Below are positions 24,117 to 32,494 of a stretch of 64,000 nt of DNA, in pieces. A model generated the notes under the pieces. That model was not told where the DNA came from and made no database searches. It worked only from the letters and a program-made list of their open reading frames with translations. Origin of the DNA: Verrucomicrobia bacterium UBA6614. GTDB taxonomy: Bacteria > Verrucomicrobiota > Verrucomicrobiia > Limisphaerales > UBA1100. Each line of letters starts with the position of its first letter. Position 1 is the stretch's first letter. The stretch is taken from assembly GCA_002433235.1 (NCBI GenBank), contig DJHS01000054.1, positions 17,918 through 81,917 of the forward strand. Direction: 5' to 3'. The translations under genes were made by a program, and so were the position numbers.

Positions 24117-26456
24117 TTAGTTGGGCAACGAAAGTAAGCGCTCGGCTTCTTCGAGCAGGAAGTTAACGGCAGTGAAGGGTTCGTGGCTAATATCCTGCCA
24201 GCGGATTTTGCCGGTGCCGTCGATGAGGAAGGTGCCGTGTAGTGGCGTTTGCTCAAAGTCGTCGTAGGCGCGGAAGGCCTTGAAGGTGTCGAGCCGGGCA
24301 TCGCTGACCAACGGGAAGGGGAATTGCTTCGCCTCGGCTGAAAATGTTTGAAACGTCTCCCGCAATCCGGTCACGGTGTCGGTGCTTACGGCCACGATGT
24401 CGATGCCCAAATTATTGAACTTCGGCACGGCCGGCGCAAACGCATTTAATTGCTCCATGCAATGAGAGCATCCTTTGCCAAGATAAAAGACGACCAGTAC
24501 AGGGCGTCCTCGGAAATCTGCCAGCGAGAGTGGCTTGCCGGTTTTGTCCCGCAAGATCCACTGTGGGGCAGGGGAGGGTTGCCAGCGGAAAGGGCCCAAC
24601 TGGTCGAGATCCGGGCGGAGGCCCATGTCTTTCGCTTCGGTGGGGTTTTTGCGCCAATCAGCGGGCAGGCCCAGTGATTTTGCCAATGGTGCGAGCCGGG
24701 CAAAGGCTTCAATTGTTAGGTCTGCCCCCGGTGCTATGCGACGAAGGTGCTCGAAGGCGTCCTTGGCCTCCTTGGCTTTGCCGGAGGCATGCAGCAGATA
24801 GGCTTGTGCGGCGAGCGGTCGAGCCTGTTCGGCACCTGATTTCACGGCGGCGGCGACGGTGGTGATGGCGGCGGCGGTGTCGCCCACGCGGTGCTGCATC
24901 AGTGCCTTGCGTTCGTTGCGGATATCGGTGGCCTTGGCAAGGAGACTTTTGGCCTCGGTCTTGTTACCGGTGGCTAGCGCACGGTGTACCTTTACTTCGG
25001 CGATGCCTCGGTTTAATGCGCTGATGGTTGTATTGAATGGGCGCTCAGCGGCGGTTCGGGCCTTGCGTACGTCACTGTCTTTTTTCTTTTCTTCCTTGGC
25101 CTTGGCTTCAGCGGCATCTCCCGCCTTTTTTTTGCCGGCGGTTTGCTCGGCGAGCAACTGGTTCATTTTGGCCAGCAGCGCATTGCCTTCGGCGGTGTTG
25201 CCGGTGTTAAAAAATGCGCTGCCCACGAGGCGTTGCCATTTGGCTTGGTCCGCAGCGCTTTTGCCCGGGCGCAGATAATGGGTGTCCTTTAATTCGATGA
25301 TTTCCCACCACAACTCGTAGTTTTGCAGCAATCCGTAAAGGTGGCGTTTTCCATAAACATGGCTGCTGCGAGTGGACACGCTCCAAGTGCCATCATCCTT
25401 TACGCTGGGGATGCGCGGCAGTTCAATCATGTTCTTGGCCATGGTCAATGCGTGGCCCACGCGGCCGGCATGGCTGAGGTTTCGGGTGAGCCATTCATTG
25501 TTGTGGGCAAAGTTGTGGATGCGGTCAGGTAACACGCCGTCGCGCATTTGCAGGGCGTGGTCCACGCGGGCGCTGGCTTCCATCTGCCACGAGGCATCGT
25601 CGTAGCGCTTTAATCGCGAGAGGATATGGCCGGGCATGTGCCACATGTGCGCGATGCTTGGGGAGGATTGGCCGCACTTGCCGATGGAGTCCACGGCGCG
25701 TTTTGGATCCTTGTGGTCCCAAAGATGAATTCGATAATGATGGCAGGGGTGCTCCGGATTCACCTTGAGAATTTCACCAATGAGTTTGTCAATATTTTCG
25801 TAGTGTGATGTCTTCTTGCCGCGTACGCCGTTTCGGTACATTTGTAACACCACAAAGGCCTTTGCCTCGATGTCGTCCGGGTACTGGGTGCTGATGGCCT
25901 GCAATGCCTTAAGGTAGGCGGCATCGCGTTTTTTCTTGTCACTCTCCTTTTGGAAAGCAGCACGCGCCGAAATCCACATCCGACCTTTTTCATCCGTGTG
26001 GGCTTGGTGCTTTAAGGCTTTTTCCATGAACTCCTTCGCGCGGGTATTGGTGCCGTTGGCCATCGCCATACCCCAGTAAGCCATGGGGTTTTCGGGATCC
26101 AACTTCAGAACCTGTCGAAATGAGCGCTCTGCCTCGAATGTCCAGAAGCCGTGCAGTTGGCCAATGCCTTGATTAAAAAACTTCTGCGCTTCTTCACTAT
26201 TGGTCTTGATGGGAAAGGAGACATTGCCGGTTTTGCCTTCCATCCAACGCGCGGCTTGCCGTGGGCCCTTGTTGAAAGCTGCGCCGTGGCTGGAATGTCC
26301 AGCCAGCGGCGCGGATGGATCAGTAGGGGCCTCATAAACGGGATCCACCAACTCAACTGGCAGCACAGGCGCGTTGGTGGTGTCGGTTGTGGATGAACTG
26401 GCGCAGCCAAGCAGGAATGCAAAGAGCGGGAGCAAATGCAGGGTGGGGTAACGCAT
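24117..26456 (-). CDS. lipoprotein fusing a TPR-like/helical region to a C-terminal thioredoxin-fold redoxin (AhpC/TSA or TlpA-like) domain
   Basis: Lipobox LFAFLLGCASS. TPR-like repeats. The C-terminal GRPVLVVFYLGKGCSHCMEQL carries a CxxC motif. Confidence 0.75.
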   Translation of the reverse strand: MRYPTLHLLPLFAFLLGCASSSTTDTTNAPVLPVELVDPVYEAPTDPSAPLAGHSSHGAAFNKGPRQAARWMEGKTGNVSFPIKTNSEEAQKFFNQGIGQLHGFWTFEAERSFRQVLKLDPENPMAYWGMAMANGTNTRAKEFMEKALKHQAHTDEKGRMWISARAAFQKESDKKKRDAAYLKALQAISTQYPDDIEAKAFVVLQMYRNGVRGKKTSHYENIDKLIGEILKVNPEHPCHHYRIHLWDHKDPKRAVDSIGKCGQSSPSIAHMWHMPGHILSRLKRYDDASWQMEASARVDHALQMRDGVLPDRIHNFAHNNEWLTRNLSHAGRVGHALTMAKNMIELPRIPSVKDDGTWSVSTRSSHVYGKRHLYGLLQNYELWWEIIELKDTHYLRPGKSAADQAKWQRLVGSAFFNTGNTAEGNALLAKMNQLLAEQTAGKKKAGDAAEAKAKEEKKKDSDVRKARTAAERPFNTTISALNRGIAEVKVHRALATGNKTEAKSLLAKATDIRNERKALMQHRVGDTAAAITTVAAAVKSGAEQARPLAAQAYLLHASGKAKEAKDAFEHLRRIAPGADLTIEAFARLAPLAKSLGLPADWRKNPTEAKDMGLRPDLDQLGPFRWQPSPAPQWILRDKTGKPLSLADFRGRPVLVVFYLGKGCSHCMEQLNAFAPAVPKFNNLGIDIVAVSTDTVTGLRETFQTFSAEAKQFPFPLVSDARLDTFKAFRAYDDFEQTPLHGTFLIDGTGKIRWQDISHEPFTAVNFLLEEAERLLSLPN

Positions 26457-26457
26457 G

Positions 26458-27519
26458 TTAAATGAGTCCGGTGGTTTCGTCCCAGCCTTGGGCGGCGTTC
26501 AGACATTGGACGGCTTGGCCGCTGGCACCCTTCACGAGGTTGTCAATGGCGCTCATTACGATGAGGCGGCCAGTGCGGCGGTCAAGCCGCCAGGCGAGGT
26601 CGAGGTGATTGCTGCGGGTGACATGCTTGGTGTCCGGCAAAGTGCCCGCAGGCAGCAGCCGGATGAACGGCTCTTCGTCATAGGCAGCAGCGTAACAAGC
26701 GGTGATGTTTTTCGCGAGAGCGGCTTCCTCGGCTTCCGTCATAAATGAAACGGCTGGCGCGAGGTACAGCGTACTGAGGATGCCGCGCGTGACAGGCGCC
26801 AAATGTGGCGTGAATTGTATCGTCACCTTCGTTCCCGCCGCAGCGGAAAGTTCCTGTTCCATTTCTGACAGATGGCGGTGTTTGGGCACGCCGTAGGGGC
26901 GCAGGCTTTCGTTGCATTCGGCGTACAGGAAGGGGATGTCCGCCTTGCGCCCGGCTCCACTTACGCCGCTATGGCTATCGGCAATGATGCCGGTGGGCTT
27001 GATGAGTCTCGCGCGCAGCAAGGGAGCAATGGGCAGTAGAATGCTGGTGGGATAACAGCCTGGCGCAGCGATGAGTTGGGCGCCGGCGATGGCATCACGA
27101 TGCAACTCGGGCATGCCATAGACGGCCTGCCCCAGCAAGTTGGGCGCGGGATGGGGGTTGCCGTAAAATTCCTCGTACACCGCCGCATCATTCAGCCGGA
27201 AATCCGCGGAGAGATCGATGACCGTACGGCCCGCTTTGACCAATGGCAGGGCAAACTCCGCCGCCACTCCATGAGGGAGAGCGAGAAAAATGACTCCCGC
27301 CGTCTCGGCGAGCAAAGCGGGGTTTGGTTCGGTGAATGTCAGCGACGAGTGATTGCCAAAGCTTGGAAAAACCTCGGCCAACGATTGGCCTGCGTATTGG
27401 CGCGAGGTGGCCGCCGTCAACTCAACGCGCGGGTGCCTTAGAAGCAGCCGCATGAGTTCCTCACCGGAATAGCCGGACGCGCCGACCACGGCGGTCTTCA
27501 ATGTTGTTGCCTCACTCAT
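26458..27519 (-). CDS. argC: N-acetyl-gamma-glutamyl-phosphate reductase
   Basis: VVGASGYSGEELMRLLLRHP, active-site APGCYPTS, C-terminal NLVKGASGQAVQ. Confidence 0.9.
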   Translation of the reverse strand: MSEATTLKTAVVGASGYSGEELMRLLLRHPRVELTAATSRQYAGQSLAEVFPSFGNHSSLTFTEPNPALLAETAGVIFLALPHGVAAEFALPLVKAGRTVIDLSADFRLNDAAVYEEFYGNPHPAPNLLGQAVYGMPELHRDAIAGAQLIAAPGCYPTSILLPIAPLLRARLIKPTGIIADSHSGVSGAGRKADIPFLYAECNESLRPYGVPKHRHLSEMEQELSAAAGTKVTIQFTPHLAPVTRGILSTLYLAPAVSFMTEAEEAALAKNITACYAAAYDEEPFIRLLPAGTLPDTKHVTRSNHLDLAWRLDRRTGRLIVMSAIDNLVKGASGQAVQCLNAAQGWDETTGLI

Positions 27520-27560
27520 GCCTTGGTTGTTGTGCGTTGTTTCGGGTCTCTTGAAAACAC

Positions 27561-27588
27561 AAAAAAACCCGCCGGCAAGACCGGCGGG
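27561..27588 (-). terminator. intrinsic terminator downstream of rpsI
   Basis: On the minus strand: CCCGCCGG-tcttg-CCGGCGGG followed by T7. Plus-strand A-run 27561-27567, stems 27568-27575 and 27581-27588. Confidence 0.85.
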
Positions 27589-27606
27589 CGCGAAAAGGTC
27601 TTTGGC

Positions 27607-28008
27607 TTAACGTTTGCTGTATTGGAAGCGTTTGCGCGCACCGGGTTGGCCGTATTTCTTGCGCTCCTTAACACGGGCGTCGCGTGTGAGCAGGCCCTCG
27701 GCCTTGAGAGTGGGACGCAACTCGGAGTCGTGCTCCAGCAGTGCGCGGGCAATGCCCAATCGCACAGCACCGGCTTGGCCGGACTGGCCACCGCCTGTTA
27801 CATTCACGCGCACGTCAAACTTGTCCGTGTTCTCCGTGGCCACGAAGGGCTCGGCGACCACAATACGATGCTCCTCCACGGGAAAGTATGCCTCGAAAGG
27901 CCGCTTGTTGATGGTGATCTTGCCGTTGCCGGGCTTGATGCGTACGCGGGCGGTCGCGCTTTTGCGTCGGCCGGTGCCAAGAAATTCGCCTGTCTTTTCG
28001 TCTGGCAT
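27607..28008 (-). CDS. rpsI: 30S ribosomal protein S9
   Basis: [24 protein letters not shown] ... [17 protein letters not shown]. Confidence 0.95.
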   Translation of the reverse strand: MPDEKTGEFLGTGRRKSATARVRIKPGNGKITINKRPFEAYFPVEEHRIVVAEPFVATENTDKFDVRVNVTGGGQSGQAGAVRLGIARALLEHDSELRPTLKAEGLLTRDARVKERKKYGQPGARKRFQYSKR

Positions 28009-28020
28009 GCTTGAATTTGT

Positions 28021-28449
28021 TTAAAGGGTGACAACTTCAGGTTGTTGGGCAGTGTGTGGGTGGTCCACGCCGGAGTGCACCTTCAGCTTGGTGAGCATTT
28101 TGCTGCCGAGCCGGTTCTTGGGGAGCATACCTTTCACGGCGCGCATGATAAGTCGCTCGGGATGCTTGGCACGCACGTCGGCCACGGTTTCGCTTTTTTG
28201 ACCGCCGCGCCAGCCGCTGTAGCGGGTGTAAATTTTGTTGGTCTCTTTGCGACCGGTCACACGCACCTTCTCAGCGTTGATCACCACCACGAAATCGCCG
28301 GCGTCCAAGTGCGGCGTGTAGGTGGGCTTATCGCGCCCGCGCAGGATATTGGCGGCTTTTTCGGCGACGTGGCCGAGCACTTGACCGTCGGCATCGATGA
28401 TGCGCCACTTGCGCCGTTGCATGTCAATTTTGGGCAAAAAAGTCTTCAT
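28021..28449 (-). CDS. rplM: 50S ribosomal protein L13
   Basis: Start at MKTFLPK (CAT at 28447-28449). RKWRIIDADGQVLGHVAEKAANILRGRDKPTYTPH. The longer ORF-track N-terminus looks spurious. Confidence 0.93.
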   Translation of the reverse strand: MKTFLPKIDMQRRKWRIIDADGQVLGHVAEKAANILRGRDKPTYTPHLDAGDFVVVINAEKVRVTGRKETNKIYTRYSGWRGGQKSETVADVRAKHPERLIMRAVKGMLPKNRLGSKMLTKLKVHSGVDHPHTAQQPEVVTL

Positions 28450-28514
28450 TCTCGCAATGAGGGGCGGAGAAGATACCAGAAAAAGGGGTCGAGTCAACAG
28501 GGTTTTTGGCCAAA

Positions 28515-29594
28515 TTATTCGGGTTTTTCGGTGGCATCTGATTCCGGTGGTTTTCCGGGGCGAGCGGCTGTTTCCTGTGGGATGCGGGTTTTCACAAATT
28601 TCTCGAAGCGATTGAATCGTCGCAACAGCTCGGGCAGTTTTTGCAGCGCGAGCAGTTGGCGCTTCATCGAACGGTCTGGCTGTGCGGGGGTGCCAAACCA
28701 CTTTTCGCCCTCACGAATGTCACGCATAACACCAGACTGTGCGGCAATGGTAACGCCGTCGCCAATGCGTAAATGCCCGGCGAGGCCCACCTGCCCGGCG
28801 AGGATTACATTCTTGCCGAGCTTTGTGCTGCCGGCGATGCCCGCTTGGGCCACTACGAGGCAGTTTTCGCCGGTGGTCACGTTGTGCGCGATTTGCACAA
28901 GGTTGTCGATCTTGGTGCCCTTGCCGATGGTGGTGGGACCGAGGGCACCGCGGTCAATCGTTACGTTGGCACCGATTTCCACATCATCGCAAATCACCAC
29001 ATTGCCAATCTGCGGCACCTTGATGTGTTGGCCACCCTCCTGCACATAGCCAAAGCCGTCGCTGCCCACAATAGTGCCGGCATGAATGCGCACGCGATCA
29101 CCAATTTCCGTGCGCGGGTAAAGCGTCACGTTATGGAACACCGCGCTGTCCGCGCCGATCACACAGCCTTCATCCACATAATTGTTACCGTGCAACACGC
29201 TGCGCGCGCCGATCTTCACGCCATCACAAATGATTACGTGCGCGCCAATGCAAGCCTCCGGGTGTACCTCGGCCTTATCCGAAATAATCGCGGAAGCATG
29301 CACGCCCTGCGGCGGTTGCGGTTCCGGGTAAAAGAGCGGCACCACCTTGGCAAAGGCCGTGCGCGCGCTGTCCACGCGGATGAGAACCTTGCGTTCAGAG
29401 ACAAAATTTTTGTCGACGATGACCGCGCTCGCAGCGCTTTGCTCGGCTCGCTCAAAGAAGGTGCGGTTTTCGGCGAAGGTGAGGTCGCCGTCGCGCGCGC
29501 GGTCGGCGGCTTGAAAACCGGTGAGCGGCATCGTGCGGTCGCCAATCACCTTGCCGCCAAGATGGGCGGCGATGTCTCCCGCGGTAAATCGCAT
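28515..29594 (-). CDS. lpxD: UDP-3-O-acylglucosamine N-acyltransferase
   Basis: N-terminal MRFTAGDIAAHLGG, a long left-handed beta-helix hexapeptide repeat region, ~359 aa. Confidence 0.85.
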   Translation of the reverse strand: MRFTAGDIAAHLGGKVIGDRTMPLTGFQAADRARDGDLTFAENRTFFERAEQSAASAVIVDKNFVSERKVLIRVDSARTAFAKVVPLFYPEPQPPQGVHASAIISDKAEVHPEACIGAHVIICDGVKIGARSVLHGNNYVDEGCVIGADSAVFHNVTLYPRTEIGDRVRIHAGTIVGSDGFGYVQEGGQHIKVPQIGNVVICDDVEIGANVTIDRGALGPTTIGKGTKIDNLVQIAHNVTTGENCLVVAQAGIAGSTKLGKNVILAGQVGLAGHLRIGDGVTIAAQSGVMRDIREGEKWFGTPAQPDRSMKRQLLALQKLPELLRRFNRFEKFVKTRIPQETAARPGKPPESDATEKPE

Positions 29595-29639
29595 GGGCTA
29601 AAGCCTTTCGGTTAGTTGTGGTCAGTGGCGCGAAAGCGC

Positions 29640-29996
29640 CTAACGACGGGCGATAGTAGCGTTGTCCTCGCCGAGTACAATCACTTTCGGCTGCCAATCC
29701 ACTGCCGCTGTGTCATTCACGCCGGCAAAAGTCATGATTGTCAGCCGGTCACCCACCTTGCCGAGGTGCGCAGTGGCACCGTTGAGGATGATCGCACCGC
29801 TGTTGGGTTCGCCGGCGATGACGTAAGTTTCGAAGCGCTCGCCGTTGGCCATGTTGCCACACAGTACGCGCTCGTACTCGCGCATATCCACATCGTCCAT
29901 TAACGTGCGGTCAATAGTGAGGCTGCCCTCGTAATTTACGTTGGCATCGGTCACCGCAGCGCGGTGAATTTTCGACTTGAGCAGCTGCAAGGTCAT
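29640..29996 (-). CDS. panD: aspartate 1-decarboxylase proenzyme
   Basis: LLKSKIHRAAVTDANVNYEGSLTID contains the self-cleavage G-S site. The ATG at 29996 is preferred over the TTG at 30002. Confidence 0.92.
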   Translation of the reverse strand: MTLQLLKSKIHRAAVTDANVNYEGSLTIDRTLMDDVDMREYERVLCGNMANGERFETYVIAGEPNSGAIILNGATAHLGKVGDRLTIMTFAGVNDTAAVDWQPKVIVLGEDNATIARR

Positions 29997-30076
29997 GTCC
30001 AATCGCGTTGACTTGCCGTGGGCGCGGCACTATACACGCGGCGAACACCAAAGCAATCCCTCGTTAATTTTTTATC

Positions 30077-31240
30077 ATGAGCAGAAAAATTCGTTACGGA
30101 ATGGTCGGCGGCGGCCGCGGCGCGTTTATTGGCGCGGTGCATCGCATCGCCGCGAACATGGACGGCCAGATCGAGCTGGTCTGCGGTGCGTTTTCCTCCA
30201 ACCCGCGCAAATCCAAGGCCAGCGGCAAGGATCTCTTCCTGCCGGCCAAGCGCTGCTACGGCACGTTCGAGGAAATGATCGAGAAGGAAAAGGCTCTGCC
30301 CGAGAGTGAGCGAATGAATTTCATTTCGATTGTGACACCGAATCACATGCACTTTCCTCCCGCCAAGATGGCGCTGGAAAACGGGTTCCACGTGCTCAGC
30401 GACAAGCCGGCTACTTTCGATCTCAAGGAAGCCAAAACGCTTGAGAAGCTTGTTAAAAAAACCAAGTGCCTCTACGGCCTGACGCATAATTACACCGGGT
30501 ATCCGCTGGTGAAAGAGGCGCGCGACATGATCGCCGCCGGCAAGCTGGGCAAGATTCGCAAGGTGGTGGTGGAGTATCCGCAAGGCTGGCTCGCCACGCG
30601 TCTGGAGGCCAGCGGCCAGAAACAGGCCGACTGGCGTACCGACCCCAAGCGCAGCGGCGCGGCCGGCTGCATTGGCGACATCGGCACCCACGCGGAGAAT
30701 CTTGCCGAATACATCACCGGCCTGAAGATCAAGGAACTCGCCGCCGACATCACTACTTTCGTGAAGGGCCGCAAGCTCGATGACGACGGCAATGTGTTGC
30801 TGCGCTTCACCAACGGCGCCAAAGGCGTGCTGCATAGCTCGCAGATTTCCGTGGGCGAAGAAAACAACATCAACATCCGCGTTTACGGCGAGCTGGGTGG
30901 CATTGAGTGGCACCAAAACGAGCCGAACACCATGCTGGTCAAATGGCTTGATCAACCGATGCAAGTTTTCCGGACGGCCAATGGGTACCTTGGTGCCGCC
31001 GCCGCTGCGGCGACACGCACGCCCCCGGCACACCCCGAAGGCTATCTTGAGGCGTTTGCGAACATTTACGTGAACTTCGCCAACCACATCCGCGCCAAAC
31101 AGGAACGCCGCAAGCTGGCCAAGGACGATCCCGCGCTGGATTATCCGAAGATCAAGGACGGCATTCGCGGCATGGCTTTCATTGAGGCCGTCGTGAAATC
31201 CTCCAAGAACAACGCCCGCTGGACGAAGCTGGCGAAGTAA
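30077..31240 (+). CDS. Gfo/Idh/MocA-family oxidoreductase
   Basis: [15 protein letters not shown] Rossmann motif and SDKPATFDL (EKP-like) motif. 387 aa. Confidence 0.8.
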   Translation: MSRKIRYGMVGGGRGAFIGAVHRIAANMDGQIELVCGAFSSNPRKSKASGKDLFLPAKRCYGTFEEMIEKEKALPESERMNFISIVTPNHMHFPPAKMALENGFHVLSDKPATFDLKEAKTLEKLVKKTKCLYGLTHNYTGYPLVKEARDMIAAGKLGKIRKVVVEYPQGWLATRLEASGQKQADWRTDPKRSGAAGCIGDIGTHAENLAEYITGLKIKELAADITTFVKGRKLDDDGNVLLRFTNGAKGVLHSSQISVGEENNINIRVYGELGGIEWHQNEPNTMLVKWLDQPMQVFRTANGYLGAAAAAATRTPPAHPEGYLEAFANIYVNFANHIRAKQERRKLAKDDPALDYPKIKDGIRGMAFIEAVVKSSKNNARWTKLAK

Positions 31241-31261
31241 GGTTGCGCCCAGTTTAAACCC

Positions 31262-31292
31262 ACGCGCGGCCTAAAACGGTCGCGCGTTTTTT
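31262..31292 (+). terminator. intrinsic terminator-like hairpin + U-tract abutting the next start codon
   Basis: ACGCGCGGCC-taaaac-GGTCGCGCGT (10 bp including one G-U) followed by TTTTT(A). The ATG of the next gene is at 31293. Confidence 0.65.
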
Positions 31293-32432
31293 ATGATGCC
31301 AAAGAAAACACTGAACATCGGCCTCATCGGCTACCGTTTCATGGGCAAGGCGCACAGCAATGCCTGGCGGCAGGCGCCGCGATTTTTTGACCTGAAACGG
31401 GAGGTGCACCTGCACACCATTTGCGGTCGCAATGCCGTTGAGGTGGAAAAGGCACGTGTGCAGTTCGGCTGGGAACAGGCCGCCACCGATTGGCGGACTG
31501 TGGTGGCAAATCCGGAAATCGACGTAATCGACATCAATACGCCGAATGATTCGCATGCCGAGATCGCCGTCGCCGCCGCCAAGGCCGGCAAGCATGTGCT
31601 TTGTGAAAAACCGCTCGCGCTGGATGTTAAGGAGTGCCGACAAATGCTGCAGGCGGTGAAGCGTGCCAAGGTGGTGCACATGATCTGTCACAATTACCGC
31701 CGCATCCCCGCCATTGCGCAGGCAAAAAAGATGATCGATGAAGGCGCCATTGGTGACATCCGCCATTATTATGCCCGTTACGCGCAGGGCTGGTTAGTCG
31801 ACCCTAAGATGCCGCGCTTGTGGCGGTTGCAGAAACAACACGCCGGCAGCGGCGCTCATGGCGACATTCACGCGCACATCATTGATCTGGCGCGTTTCCT
31901 GGTGGGCGAGTTCGATGAGGTCTGCGGCCAAATGCACACCTTCATTAAGCAACGCCCGCTGCCGGACAACCCCAAGAAGATGGGGCGCGTGACGGTTGAC
32001 GATGCCGCTCAGTGCATTGGCCGATTCAAGAATGGTGCACTCGCCAACCTTGAGGCTACTCGCTACGCCACCGGTCGCAAAAACCACATCCATCTCGAAA
32101 TCAACGGGAGCAAGGGTTCGCTGGAGTTTAATTTCGAGGACATGAATCGCCTCAAGTTTTTCGACAACAACGTCTCCGCCGATCGTCAGGGCTTTGCCGA
32201 CATCCTTGTCACGCAAAAGGACGGCGTGCATCCCTACGTCGGCCAATGGTGGCCGCCTGGGCACATCATCGGCTACGAGCATACCTTTGTGCACACCATC
32301 GCAGATTTTGTGAACGCCATCGCCAAGGGCTGCGCGGTGCAGCCGACCTTTGAGGATGGGTTAAAAAACCAACAGGTGCTCGAGGCGGTGGAGCAATCCG
32401 CCGAGAAACGGCGTTGGGTGAGGGTGAAGTGA
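31293..32432 (+). CDS. Gfo/Idh/MocA-family oxidoreductase
   Basis: LNIGLIGYRFMGKAHSNAW Rossmann motif and LCEKPLALD motif. 379 aa. Confidence 0.85.
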   Translation: MMPKKTLNIGLIGYRFMGKAHSNAWRQAPRFFDLKREVHLHTICGRNAVEVEKARVQFGWEQAATDWRTVVANPEIDVIDINTPNDSHAEIAVAAAKAGKHVLCEKPLALDVKECRQMLQAVKRAKVVHMICHNYRRIPAIAQAKKMIDEGAIGDIRHYYARYAQGWLVDPKMPRLWRLQKQHAGSGAHGDIHAHIIDLARFLVGEFDEVCGQMHTFIKQRPLPDNPKKMGRVTVDDAAQCIGRFKNGALANLEATRYATGRKNHIHLEINGSKGSLEFNFEDMNRLKFFDNNVSADRQGFADILVTQKDGVHPYVGQWWPPGHIIGYEHTFVHTIADFVNAIAKGCAVQPTFEDGLKNQQVLEAVEQSAEKRRWVRVK

Positions 32433-32494
32433 AGTCCGAATAATTTCCTCTTTCCAAACTCCCCAAACCCTCCATCATCGCCGCAGCTTTCTGC

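Noticed and set aside
28450-28701. An 84-aa N-terminal extension of rplM in the ORF track
   Set aside because: L13 proteins are about 140-150 aa and begin near MKTF.... The extension overlaps the 3' end of lpxD and is Arg/Pro-rich.
28042-29615. 335-aa and 280-aa + strand ORFs antisense to rplM and lpxD
   Set aside because: They are shadow ORFs. The minus strand encodes ribosomal protein L13 and the hexapeptide-repeat LpxD. Antisense reading of hexapeptide repeats commonly stays open.
29600-29640. A GGCGC-GAAA-GCGCC hairpin downstream of panD, considered as a terminator
   Set aside because: The stem is only 5 bp and no U-tract follows on the minus strand. panD and lpxD are probably co-transcribed.
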